Source: Amphiscolops sp. MND2022 (lineage: Eukaryota). From it: a DNA stretch of 64,000 nt. A model generated the notes under the pieces. The model did not search any database. It was not told the origin of the DNA and saw nothing but the letters and a program-made list of their open reading frames with translations. Position 1 is the stretch's first letter. The number at the start of each line of letters is the position of its first letter. Location: assembly GCA_964187785.1 (NCBI GenBank), contig OZ076409.1, positions 24,492,001 through 24,556,000 of the forward strand, given 5' to 3'. A program made the position numbers and the translations under genes. Below are positions 1 to 12,811 of this stretch, piece after piece.

Positions 1-1066
1 CCTCAGTCTTTAAATGATACAGTTGGATCCCACGCAGATCAAACAACGTCAACATTGACAAACAAAACCCTTTGACCCAGTTAATCAAATTGCACAAGCA
101 ATCGAGAAACCGGCCAATAAAAACCCCCAACAATCACTTTTTCACCCGAAAAACACATTGACATTCAATGGAAAAAACGAGAAATTCGAATACTTTGAAG
201 ACCTGTTTCATACAACACTTCGCATGCAGCCGAATCTAACAGAGGAAATGAAAATTAACCACTTTTATGCACACCTCAGAGGTTTGGCATTAAAAACATT
301 CAAAAACATACAAAGAACGCCATCTACCACACTGGAAGACATTCTAAAAGTCTTTCGCAGAAAATACGTGAAACCAGAATCCAGTGCCTCAGCAAAGCAC
401 CGATTCAATAGACTTTTCTTTGACCCCGAAAACCAAAAACTACCGGATTTCCTTGAAGAACTCCAAGAAAGTGCTGAAAAAGCTTTCGGAGATAACGCAC
501 ACCAGATGATAGAGAACCTACTCTATGCAAAGATGCCCCCTCACCTTAAAAAAATCCATCAACCAAGCATATCTCGAGAACGGCACATACGACCAGATCG
601 TTAAACATCTCGAGAGGGAGATGGAGCTAAATGGTTTGGAAGCAGACGAAACCTCGGTCAAGACCCAAATGACCGTCACCAAAAAAGAACAAAATGCTGA
701 AAAACCAACTAAAAAACAAAATGAGAAGTCTAAAGCTCAGACTCCAAAAACAGTACCTAACAAAACACTTAAAAATGACCAATGCCGGTACTGCAAGGAG
801 ACGGGTCATATGATGGCTGACTGCCCCAATCTATTAAAACGGCGTAAACTTGAAGAGGACCCGGATGCAGAAAAATGCCAAAACTGCAATACACCAGGTC
901 ATGAGGAAGACAACTGCTACTTCGGCGCCAACATGGATAACCGACCACCAAAGTGGAACCTCACAGAAGCCCAAAAGAAGGTTATCGAAGCGCACAAACA
1001 AGCTAGAAACCTATAAAACCAAAAATAGATTGACCTCAACAATCCTCTTCCAAGGATTTAAACTAA
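1..1066 (+). pseudogene. gag: Gypsy gag (capsid plus two CCHC zinc knuckles), frameshifted
   Basis: ORFs 158-604 and 525-1016; knuckles CRYCKETGHMMADC and CQNCNTPGHEEDNC; probable original C-terminus ...QQSSSKDLN* with TAA at 1064-1066. Confidence 0.9.
1057..1066 (+). promoter_or_regulatory. Putative -1 ribosomal frameshift slippery site (T TTA AAC) at the gag/pol junction
   Basis: GAT TTA AAC TAA ends the gag frame; the -1 frame continues FKLKTSRLSK (ORF 850-1152). Confidence 0.7.
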
Positions 1067-4000
1067 AAACGTCACGCCTTAGCAAACAAAACGCCCAAAT
1101 AACAACTACAAAACCACAAGGGTCAAGTGGATACAATAAACATACAACTTAAACAACTGAATACAGAACCAGACTACACACCTCAAACACACAATCAACC
1201 CGAAAACGATGAACCCCCACAAGAATCATACTATGAACTCATGAAAGATGCTCCCGACAAGTATTTTTCAGACAATACTCAAACCTCCCCTGTACCTACA
1301 GACAATTGACCAGAAATTCATCACCCGAGTACTTTCTCTTGCAATGAACAAAAACAACCCCTTTTAGATGAAGATATCACAAACCACGTCCAGCTTGACC
1401 AGGAACGCAACCTGTCAAACCTACCTATGTCAACCTCGCTAACATTGAAACGAAAACGTCACATGTACTACATGCCAATGGACTTCGAAAAACTCACACT
1501 TGACGGACTCATTGACACAGGAGCCCTGACTAGTGCAATCTCCGAACAAGACCTTAACAAAACCAAATTAATTGCAAATGAAGCAATAAAAGATACTGGC
1601 CTACCGCCAAATTTCCAAATTATGGTGGCCAATGGTCAACTAGAGGTACCAATCGGCACAGTACTACCCACTCATTGGTCTCTGCTTCCTTCGAAGAAAC
1701 AATGCAGTTTTTGATGTCACACAAGGCATCCTAACTTTTCCATACCTCTCAATGCAATTAAAACCAGACACACAAGTAACTATGCGTCAAGCAACACCAT
1801 TGTTTGCTAAAAATACATACACCCTCCAACCAGGCGAAACCCTCGCCATAGCAAGCAGAATGCCCCACCTGTTAGACCACGATGCAACAGGAATAGTCAC
1901 ACCTTCACCACAATTCGAAAGCCACGACAGCATTTTCATCACATCGTCACTTAGTACGGTCAACAATAATGCTATCGGGTACCAAGTAATCAACTCTTCA
2001 GAACTTCCATAAACAATAGTTTGTGACACCCATCTAGCAGACTTTAAAAACCTCACACCAGAAATAATCAAACATATACAACCTATAGATCCAGCGATGT
2101 TGTCATTCATGATACAACATGAGGAAACAACCGAGATCTACATAAATGAACTGCTGAAAGTTCCTTCACAAAACCCCGAACAAGAATCTTATTGGTTCCC
2201 AACACCAGAAGAACCAGGGGATCCTACAACGTATACCCCAGTCCAACAACGAATAACTCGAGCTCAAAGAACTTGAACAACTCAACCCACAAGACAATGC
2301 AAAATCAAGAAAAGCTTTTCTCTCGAATATAGACTGGACTGACACAACGTTCAGCCAAGAAGAACAGAAACAAATTGAAGAAATCCTCATTGAGTTTCAT
2401 GATATTTTTGCCAGATACCGATTCGACATTGGCACCAATCGTGAATTCAAGGTTAAACTCACACCAAACGATGATCGACCAGCCTACAGCCAAAGTTTGC
2501 CAACACCAATCAACCTCAAAGATGACATTACCGTAGAACTAGCACTTCTACACAAATATGGAATCATAAAAACCCTACCTTTTTCAAAATACGCTAGTCC
2601 AATCTTTGCACAACGCAAACCAAACGAACGCCTCAGACTACTTGTGGATCTCAGAAAAATCAACAATTTAATCACTGAAGACTACATCAACAATACCCAC
2701 CCGGTAAGCACACTGTCGGATGCAGCACAACATTTGGCAGGCAAGAAACTTTTCTGCAAATTAGACTGCTCCCAAACTTACCACTGCCTTCAAATGGCAG
2801 ACTACCAATCTATTCAGATGCTTGCTTTCAACTTTGCAAGCCGAACCTTTGCTTATCGTCGACTTGCTCAAGGCCTTAGCAGATCTCTCTAGGCGTTTTC
2901 TAGCTTCATGAGGGAGTACCTTGACAAGGCGATCAAGGTTGACCAATGTGCACAGTACGTCGATGACATTGGTATAGCAGCAAATGACTTAAAACAGTTA
3001 TGCGCCAATATCAGGACGGTCTTTGAATGCATCCGAAATGCTGGTCTAAAACTTACAATGTCCAAATGTCATTTCGGAGTCAAGCAAGTAGACTTTCTAG
3101 GCCGCACAATCACACCTGTTGGCGTGGCCCCTCAAGCTGACAAGTCAAAGATTTCCTGGCGAAATTGAGATTCCCCGAATCCAAAAAAGCACTCCAAAGG
3201 TACATAGGATTTCCTAAACTATTACCGCAATTACATCCCGAGACTCTCTGAACGTCTCTCTCCATTTTTCAAACTCCTCAAAGAAACCTCCAAATTCTAT
3301 GTACCCACGAACTTGGTGGAAGACTTCACCAACCTAAACAAACTTCTCGAAAATTCTTGCCAATTAGCTTTGAGACAACCTCTCAAAGACAAACAACTCA
3401 TAGTCATGTCTGATGCAAGCTTTACAGCAGCAGGATATGCTATCATGCTAGAAGTCGATCCCAGCCAAAAACTCCAGTCAAAACGCAAAACATATGAACC
3501 TATAGCATTTGGTTCGAAAACCTTCAACCCAACACAAACCAAATTGTCGATCTATGCAAAAGAATTCCTTTCCATATACTTTGCTTTTGTTGAATTCGGT
3601 CACCTCATGTGGGGAAGCACTTTCCCAGTCATAGTGTTCACCGACAACAGATCTGTAACCCGCTTTTTTCAAGCAAAACTCATTCCTCCAAAACTTTGGA
3701 ACGCATGCGATTATGTCCTACAATACAATTTTGTCATTGCCCATGTTGCTGGTTCAATGAATACGGCGGCGGATTTCCTATCCAGAATGGAAGTCAACCC
3801 AGTTGAAAAACTTGAAATGAGCATAAGAAACGATATCCAAACCAAAACGATAGAAGTCAATATACAATCTTCTGGTATTGTGGAAGAAGAACAAATCTAC
3901 ATCCTCCGCGACGATGAATTTGATGAAAACAAACTTTGGGAAGAAAAACAAAACGTGAGAAATCAAGCTCAAACTGAAACTCACAATGATCCAGAAAACA

Positions 4001-5750
4001 ATGTTACTGAACTTCAACAGTTCCACAAACCGACATCAGGCTTAAACACATGCTCTGAAGGGCATTTTCGAGACAATGCCAGAATCAGACTCGAACAAAA
4101 CAATGACATTGTCCTTAGGAACCTCAGAGCTAAAATAGAAGGAAACCCCTTTGATGAAAACGACTTGGCATCTGATTACAGATATCAGCATTACCTCCAA
4201 AACATAACCAGAATCGAAATCAAGCAAGAGATTCTAACGAGAAGGTACTACACAGACACAGGAACCACTTCGCACTATCAGATTTTGTTACCAAAACAAC
4301 TCCTAGAAGAACTACTTCAAGCCTTACACGGTCACAACTCAAACCATCCGGGTATCACAAAGATGATACAAGAAGTAAGGCAGAAATACTACTACCCTTG
4401 TATTGCAAAATACATTAAAAAATGGGTGAGTAATTGCCAAACCTGCATACAAACCAAAAGGATCAATAATGACCTCCTCAGGACCGAACTACTTAATTGC
4501 CCAGAATGGGATCTCGGCCCAGAATTGCCCAGAATGGGATCTCGGCCATTCTTCAAATGGACATTCTACCAAACCTACCACCCAGCGCTGGATATGACCA
4601 TATAATAACAGCGATCGATGTTTTCTCTCGATACCTGTTTGCATATCCAGTGACCCGCATCACTGCAACATCAGTAGCCAGAGTGATAATGGACATAGTA
4701 TGCAAACATACATACCTTCCAACAACAATCATCACAGATCTTGGCACACAATTCAATGCTCAAGTAACCCATGAAGTTACAGCCGTCCTAGGCGTTGAGC
4801 TAAAACACGCAACAATGAAACACGCCCAAACAATAGGACTTCTGGAAAGAACCCATGCTTCAGTCAAAACCCAACTCAAAGCAGCAACTGGAGAATTCCG
4901 ACATATTTGGCATAAGTTTCTCCCGTTAGCAGTACTAAACCACAACACAACCTATCATGCATCGCTTGGTTGCGAGCCTTCACGAGTTTTTCATGGCCGC
5001 ATCCCTCACAACATACTGGATTACAAGTTAGGATACAATCCTAATCCGAAATATCAACCCCAAACTGACGTTGCAGAAGAAATACAACGACGAATGAGAA
5101 TACTTTTAGACCAAACCAAAAAAACATAATGCAATCCTATCTCAAATACAAAGCCTATTACGATAGGAAAGCAAAAGCATCACCGTTAGAAACAACCGAC
5201 TACTGCTACATTTTAAACCCGAAAGCTGACACACAAGCAACAAAAATACCGTTTCGGGAATTCAGATGGCAGGGTCCTTACAAAGTCGAAAAAGTCCTTC
5301 CTAATAACAATTATATAGTTAGGAGACTGGGAACAAATGAAACACAACTTTTACATAGAATCAGGTTGAGAAAATTCACACCGCAAGCACAGTTAGCCGA
5401 TATTTTTGTACCCAATTACTGATGACATTGAATATGTACCAGTTGAAGTACCTGAAAATAATCACCCTCCTTCCCCCGAATTTCCAAAATATAGTGGGGG
5501 GAGCCCAGTGGAACAGACCACTGAACGCAAAGAAGAAAACTGTGATGAAAATCTACAAAAAATTCAAGATGAAGAATCAGAAATATCCCAAAAAACCCCA
5601 AAAGAAAATACACCAGAAGCCCAAACCCAAAAAACCCCAGAAAAGTCAGAAAATACCCCATTGCAAGAACAACCCATAAATACTCGTGGTGAAAAATATA
5701 ACTTACGACCTAAACCCAACCCAAACTTTTCTGACTCTTATAGATACTAG
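1057..5750 (+). pseudogene. pol: Gypsy pol: aspartic protease, reverse transcriptase, RNase H, integrase; many frameshifts and stops
   Basis: LIDTGA (protease, ORF 1427-1714); YASPIF..RLLVDLRKIN and QYVDDI (RT, 2497-3168); MSDAS..SIYAKE..FTDNR (RNase H); HGHNSNHPG...CQTC zinc finger; LQMD/TDLG/LLER DDE core; WQGPYKV (GPY/F); terminal KYNLRPKP. Confidence 0.95.
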
Positions 5751-6015
5751 AAAAACAGATTGAAGGTGATCATTCTTCTGTTGGTCTATACTCGCCGACT
5801 ATGCTTCTTTTCGTTCAATTCAGATCGTTGATAAACACAAAACATTCGTCCCAATAATACAGTGGATGGATAAATAAATACAACGATGAAAAACTATATA
5901 ACGCGAAACAAGAGAACTCAAAAAGAAACTAGAAGAAATGTTTCTCAGTCTTTCTCCCCTTTAGTCCCTTTAGACTTGGCTTTCTGGTTAGCGGAATTGT
6001 CACCTGCACAACTAG

Positions 6016-9000
6016 TCAGAGAGAGAGAGTAGCTTTTCCCAAAACTGAGCGAGGCGATGGAGAACTGTTACTAGTAGTGGAACCACTGCCACAAGTGATA
6101 TCTCCGTCATCTGGTAGCTTCTTATTATCAGGAGCCACAACTGAACGCTTGTATGCACTTTCAAACTTGGTGCAAAGAGTTGACCTTTTTGCTCCATTAC
6201 CCCTCAAAAAATTCCATGTGGAAAGTTCACGGTCCTCCAGAATCTCCTTCCCTCTTCCTAGTAGTCGAAAGACTCTTGAAATGGTGCGGGGATCCTGGTA
6301 CAAGCTGGAGACTTTGGGCACTGTAGAGTATGAAAGCTGTATAGCCCCTATACAAGATCGGAATGATTCCTCATCAGTACCCAACTCGGGTATCGGGGTT
6401 ACCAAGGCTGCTGGGATCTGTACCAACGGGGGAAGACACAAACTAGATAGCTTGAATAACTTATGTAACTCAGGCCGGCATTGCAATTCGTAATGAGAGA
6501 CGAGGAATTGAAACCAATCCTCAACTTGTCTCATGTTGACAGTCCGGAATTTTGACACAATAGATCGATACTGGCTGACCGACTTTGTTTTCTCACTGAG
6601 GTTCAACCACCCAATCTGCACGAAATGACCAGTGAGACACTCAACGGCGGCAACATACTGGTCCTCGGATCCATGTAACTTAACTCCAGAGTCGACACAT
6701 GCAAGCCCTCGAATTAGATCGGATTTAATAATTTCGTGGGACAGCAATCTCCCACAGAATGCCTTGCAGATTGAAATAGTTTGTTCAACGAAATTACCAG
6801 GCCTAGGAAGTTTGATTGTACTGACGAGATTGTGGTATTCGGAATTCAGAATGAACTCATCTGGAGACTTGAAGGGAAGATTGGGTTGACTCAGGTCGAC
6901 ACTCAAATACTTCTCCCAATCGGAAATGCTACCAAGGAAACTGTCGGGTAAAATGTTTTGTAATTGACTATATACAAAATTGGCGTACTGATTATACAAT
7001 CGAAATCCGGCACCAAATTGATCACAGACCTCAGTGAAGGCTGAGTTATCTGAAACACATGAGAAGGTCGGTCAAAAGTCTCCAATAAATGAAACAATCC
7101 TTCACCATCCTACGCTTTTACTTGAATGATTATACATAACTATGCGGATTCCAGCCGGTGACTACGCGTCACTATGCGGATTTCAGCAAATGATTATACA
7201 CAACTATGCGGATTCCAGCAAATGATTACACACAACTATGCGGATTACAGCTGGAGACTATGTGATCACTGTGCGGATTTGAGCAAACGATCATACGCCA
7301 CTATACGTCTTTCGATTATTGCACAAGCTGCACTACGGGGTATTTACAATTAATAAAAGCACGTGCCTACTCTAGAGTGTAGTCATTCATCATTATGCGA
7401 GTTTCTGAAAACGAGTATGAGTCATCATTCGGTTTTGGTCTACAATCATGCGTTACTATGCGGAATTTACAATGGTGAATATACGACACCATACTGAATC
7501 CTGGAATCAATTACAATCCTACAAGGTGAAAAGAAATGTATGCTGAAGAAAAATCCAAGGTTTTGGGAAATCAACCTAGAGAAAATAATTGCAAGCACTT
7601 CTAATTAAAAGAAAACAGAAGTTTTAATACAAAGAGCGAAATAGAAAAACAACTTTAGTCTCTGCACTAACAGTGATCGAGGACACATCTGATGATAAAT
7701 AGCCGTGCCAAATAAGTGGTATCAAGACGAAAACACTCGTCGAGGGTACTGGGCTGGAAACATAAAGAATGTATTAGATGAATAGATGCTTGCACAATGC
7801 GGATTATGGGAGGTAGATACTGAACTCTCTCATATGAAACCGATAGGACGGCAATCGGGACACACGATTAAGGTGGTCCAAGACTTTATCCCAGTGGCAG
7901 GATAACAGTTCAATCAAGATGGATGCTTCCCGAGGAGAATAGGAGAGATCCAAGACGCACTGAAATACAAAAAGAATCGAGCCTCAAAAGAAACATGTAG
8001 TCTATTTTAAAAGAGTACTTAATAATGAAAATAGTTCAAGTACCTTGTGTAAGGTTGGGAGAGACTGTAGCCAATCCCGGTCCAAGGCTGTGCGGAGTTT
8101 CATTAGAAGGAAGTCAAGGATCGTACGGTAATCGTGCCTTTCCAAAATTCTTGAAGTAGGGAGAGCAAGACATCTCTCCAGCTCATTTTGTCCAAAACCA
8201 TTGACGGAAGTAACTCGATATTTTCCGGGCAGAGAAGTTTTGAGACTGGAATTTAGCCTGTCAGGACAATTAACAAGGCTGACGCATGAAATGGAAGATT
8301 CGAAGAGACTAAGAAATGATGCGATGAAGTTGATAATCCTCTTGGGAATAAAGGTTCCTCTCGGTCCGGTGCCGAAGCAAATTTGGTAAAAGACATTACC
8401 AGGCCAAAAGTTGACGAAAACATGAGTGGTAAACTGGTTACTCTGGAAAGAAAGGGAGTAAGACCCGGAGGTTGTAATGGACGTGACCCCATAACTCAAC
8501 AATTCGCGGTACATGAAGACAAGTATAGCCTGCGAACATAATACTATTTACACCAGGAATATGTACTATAGTGAAAAAACAAAAATATAGAAATTACTCA
8601 CAAATAACCGTTGTCGTTCCCAACTGAAGGAGGAAGCTTGAGAGTTTCCAGGGAATAAGCGAACTGTCTCATTCCACATCCCAATAAGACTGTCAATGTG
8701 CCCACCATGACGTAACCCATGCTCTAGAATACGGATCTGAGAAATGACGTCTTCGCTTGGGCTGGACGTAGTGGTAAAATCCGGTAATTTGTCCTGCCCA
8801 ACCATCAATCTACAAACATCTAACTGGGGGGCGATAGGGTAGGTCTCTTTTGCTGTTCGTCTGGCGGCCAATAGAGTGTTCCCTGTCAGCTCTTTTTCAA
8901 ACTTGTCGTAGAGGGGAAATCCTGGAATTTCAAGTCTAATGCGATGTTCTTTGACGAGATGGGAGTCGGTTTTGAAATGTGATAAAAACTCAAGAACACC

Positions 9001-9955
9001 CCTACTCATTAATGACAGCTCCACTCGGCACACACGACACCACCATTTATAGGGAGTCTTGTTCCGATCAATTGGCCCGGTGGCAAAATATTTCAAAACA
9101 GGATGCTTACGCAGCATGTGGACTCTCAACGAGTACTTTGGCCGTTGTCGCTTTGTCCTGACATTAAGGGCTTCATCGCAACTAGATAAAGTGTCGACAT
9201 TCTCTTGACAGAGTCCCGTATCCATAGGATCGATGTTTTGAACGACACCTTTATCCGGAGATTGGGGGGATCTTCAATCACCTTCAGTGTAATGTTATCT
9301 GACTCGTCCACCTCAGTCTGACTGATCAGCTCCTGCGGAATTCTGCCTAATACACTTGAAAGGGTGAAGGCTTCTTGCCGTGTGATAACTAGTTCTTGTG
9401 GTGTCGCAGTAGAGGGTCCTGATGTTTCCACTTTGAGATTTGGAGCCTCATTCTGTTCAGGCTCACCTGAATGTTCGGGGGATTTTCCCCAGAAACCACC
9501 TCGGGGCGCTCAGTTGGATCGGAAGCATCTTCGGAGCGTAAGAGAAATGCAGTAAATCGGGGTGAATTGGATTGAGAGACGGGTGGCGTAACGGTGTTTT
9601 CCGGATTACCCATTATTTTTGGATCACTAAAACTCATCAATGAAAGATCCGGTAACGCCGGAGAGATCTCAATTACTGACGGTTCAGCCTCTTCATTATC
9701 CGCTCTATCGGAATTTTCGAGATCGTGGATAACGAGTTGACCGGGTGAAAAGGAGGTGTCGAGTTCGTCAGCTAACACTTGTTCAATCCCGTCGTTAGTC
9801 TTTGGTGGCGTACTATTGGAGGGTTGAACCAGTGAGGATGGTCCAGCAACAGGGAGTTCAGCTACCTGAAGGGGAATATAGGTCCTGGTTGGGGACCAGG
9901 CAGGCGACTTTAGCGATGATCCAAGTTCAACTAAAACAAGTGGGTTTTTTATCAA
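6016..9955 (-). pseudogene. Antisense spliced gene: BED-type zinc finger, hAT-transposase-like protein, with frameshifts
   Basis: Consecutive minus-strand ORFs 9389-9955, 9126-9431, 8566-9225, 8002-8514, 6903-7097, 6016-6999; WWCRVCRVELSLMSRGVLEFLSHFKTDSH finger; C-terminal W...PELHKLFKLSSLCLP resembles the hAT dimerisation region; frame-preserving GT-AG introns 8530-8601 and 7960-8043. Confidence 0.6.
7128..7300 (+). repeat. Tandem array, ~32-nt unit (GATTAYRCAYAACTATGCGGATTYCAGC...)
   Basis: About 5 diverged units with ACTATGCGGATT core; degenerate copies continue to ~7490. Confidence 0.85.
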
Positions 9956-10704
9956 GATGAACCACGAATCAAACCACGATCAATAATTTCCGCTAAATAA
10001 TAGACTTAAACCGGACGCGGTGGAAGGAAATTAAAGTGGGCGGAAGTGATTGATATCAAACCAAAAGCTTAGCTGCTTCAAAAATTCAAACATGATCTGA
10101 AGAAGATCGACTTTATTGAATAGTCTGGCCAACTATTTAATTAAAACTCTTTTCTGATCAGATAATCCAAATCAAAATTCGAATTTCTGAAACAAACTAT
10201 GAAGTGAACTTACGTGGAATAATCGCAGTAGGTGACTTGTAACCCCAAGAAGTGAGCTGTTGCCGCGGAGTTTGTTGTTGTCTTGACTTCCTCCGGTCGA
10301 GAGAATCCATGGTATCGCTAATCCGGCTGATAATCTCAGAGAATACAAATGGAGAATTAGAAATGAAACTTTAATGATGTGAAACGAAAGAAGAGTAGAT
10401 CGATGACCGAAGGAAAGAATGAAACTTTCTATCTGAAACTAAAAAGACTGCAACTGAAATTAATACATACTAGAAACACAAAAGACTGCAATTATGTACG
10501 AAATTAACAAGTTGACGTTGAAATTCAATAGAAGCCGTGGCGTTAAACGAAAGGCAAAAAGCAAATGAATGCTGAAATTTGCGCATTAATCCAGAAAATA
10601 CTCTAATCTGATTGGTCAATTAATTACCGTCCATTACTGCCAGAATGGACGATTACGTAATTATCAAAATTAGCAACCGGTCAACGATGCAAATCTCATG
10701 AATG

Positions 10705-10945
10705 GCCACCATGCGGCATGGAGAGGAATTTCACCACTGCCTGTGCGGCAGTATGCGAAAACGACTTTATCAATAAAGCGACAGTATGCGGAACTTTGCA
10801 ACTGCATATGCGTCAGAATACTGAAAGCCGCCACTACACATGCGGCAGTATGCGGAAATCCACAACTGCATATGCGGTAGTACACGGAAAATCACCACTA
10901 CACATACGGCAGCATGCGGATAATTGCAACAGCATGTGCGGCATT
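10705..10945 (+). repeat. Tandem array, ~31-32-nt unit with CATATGCGGCAGTATGCGGAA core
   Basis: Repeated ATGCGG motifs at regular spacing. Confidence 0.8.
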
Positions 10946-11752
10946 GTACAGATAACCAATCACGCGCTGAAAGCTATGTCTGCATGTTTTAAAGGACATA
11001 CACGATCTAACTCCAATTTCTTACGATGTTGTGATGTTCAGTAGTTAACACTAGCTACAGAATATGCGAGAATGATGATCTATTAACAGAATACGTTTTT
11101 ATGCATGCCAGCTCAGGCAAACCGAAAGAAAATGAAAGATAAACTAGACTTGATGCGCTTTTACCTTTTGAGATATAACGCATTTTTCAAGTGCGGGACT
11201 CGAAACAAAACTTTGATGAACTATGGGTAAATGTGATATTTCACAAAATTTAAAATTTCAGTCCTGAAAAACTTCATTCATAAATGTAAACCTCAGTCAT
11301 GTAAAACTAGATATGTATATCAATTTTCACTTAATTTCTCCATCAATGGAAATTATTAGTCATGAAATCCTTTGAAGTTAGTTTAGTTATGATTTTGTTT
11401 ATATCTCATTGAAATGGTTCAACACTGTCAAGCGTCTTGGGTGAAGATGAGATTCTCCCTGAAAGCTGAAGAAACACCTAAAATGGAAGATGTTTATATC
11501 GAATTAAAATGAAACTTGATAATTTTCGCGGATTCAACAAGTTCTATCACAGAAATGACCCTATAAGGAAAACGAAGAACCCCGAAATCATGACACCCAG
11601 TTATTCCGCGGGGTTTTGTTACAAGCGAGAGAAACGGAAAAGACAATCACCATATGGTCTTTTGACTCGTCCAAAAGCAGTAACTCCAACTAAAACGAAA
11701 ACTACCTTTAAACCTTACTTGAGGAAATCATCCTGCAACATAAGAAGAGAAC

Positions 11753-12811
11753 ATGAACAACCTGCAATTTACCCTTGAAGATAGCCCTTTGCTCTCAATT
11801 CAATCTCCTGGGATTGTAGATATATCAAGCGATTCAGGAGAAGAAATTGTCGTTCATCCGAATGATCTGTCCGACGTGGAGGAAAGATTCAGGGTTGGTG
11901 GACCAAGATCGGATATGTTGACGGCATTCGTGGGTGCAACTTCGGCAACCCTTTTCACATCCGGACCAGAAGACTCCTCAATTGTTGAGACAATTGACAC
12001 TGCTGGGACACAAATTGAGCGGCAGATGATGGAAATCATCGAGGAGCATCAATTCAGTAGAGGGTCTTCATCAACTTCATTCATTGATACGGAGCTGGAA
12101 GACTCACCCATGTCGCCATGGGAGTCGGCTCAACCTTCGACACGACCTGTAAACAGCTACGGGAGGCCAGCTGCGGCAATCCTCCTTACACCAAGAAGCA
12201 ACAACCACGAGACGACAGTGATCAATAGACCCATTCCTACTTACCCGCCTAATTTTGCAAATACTTACCCAATTTATCAACCCCAACAAATCACTGACCC
12301 TAGACATCAGCAAGCAGATCACCCTCTCAACGGTATCCAGCCAAGGACATTGGGCAACAGTGGAGCCTTCTCCGCTAACCCTAATGGTTTGCCTATATAT
12401 AATAATGCACCAATAATGATCCAGATACCTCCCCATGAAGGAAGCGCCAATGCTTCACAATTGAATACTGGACCTAATGCTGGACCCTCCCCTCACTTCC
12501 CGTTCCAAGCGGGACATAGTACAAATATACTGCTCTTGCCCTTTCAAGAAAGACTGCAATATCGACTTTTGCCCCCAGTAATGACAAACGTCGCTGGATT
12601 TTGCGATTGGTGTGGTAAATGCTACGATTTGATAGCACTCGAGACACTGGGAGAGTACCTTATTGCAACCGTTTACGACGGGGAGACGGTCAGGGACAGA
12701 GGTGTCAGGTCCCGTGCCTTTATAGATGGGTTCGAGGCTGCACTGTTCTCCTTTGAAGGTGCGGGACTGTCGCAGCCTCATGGGTGCTTTGGGTCTGTTC
12801 TGCAAGAGTAA
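11753..12811 (+). CDS. Intact 352-aa ORF of unknown function: acidic/Ser/Pro-rich N-terminus, C-terminal CDWCGKC motif and predicted helical domain
   Basis: Uninterrupted ATG-TAA ORF with coding-like composition inside the putative retroelement 3' region; no family recognised. Confidence 0.6.
   Translation: MNNLQFTLEDSPLLSIQSPGIVDISSDSGEEIVVHPNDLSDVEERFRVGGPRSDMLTAFVGATSATLFTSGPEDSSIVETIDTAGTQIERQMMEIIEEHQFSRGSSSTSFIDTELEDSPMSPWESAQPSTRPVNSYGRPAAAILLTPRSNNHETTVINRPIPTYPPNFANTYPIYQPQQITDPRHQQADHPLNGIQPRTLGNSGAFSANPNGLPIYNNAPIMIQIPPHEGSANASQLNTGPNAGPSPHFPFQAGHSTNILLLPFQERLQYRLLPPVMTNVAGFCDWCGKCYDLIALETLGEYLIATVYDGETVRDRGVRSRAFIDGFEAALFSFEGAGLSQPHGCFGSVLQE

Noticed and set aside
7128..7300. CRISPR-like periodic repeats
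   Set aside because: Units are contiguous diverged tandem copies with no unique spacers; no cas genes; eukaryotic context
11753..12811. env gene
   Set aside because: No signal peptide, furin site or transmembrane anchor visible
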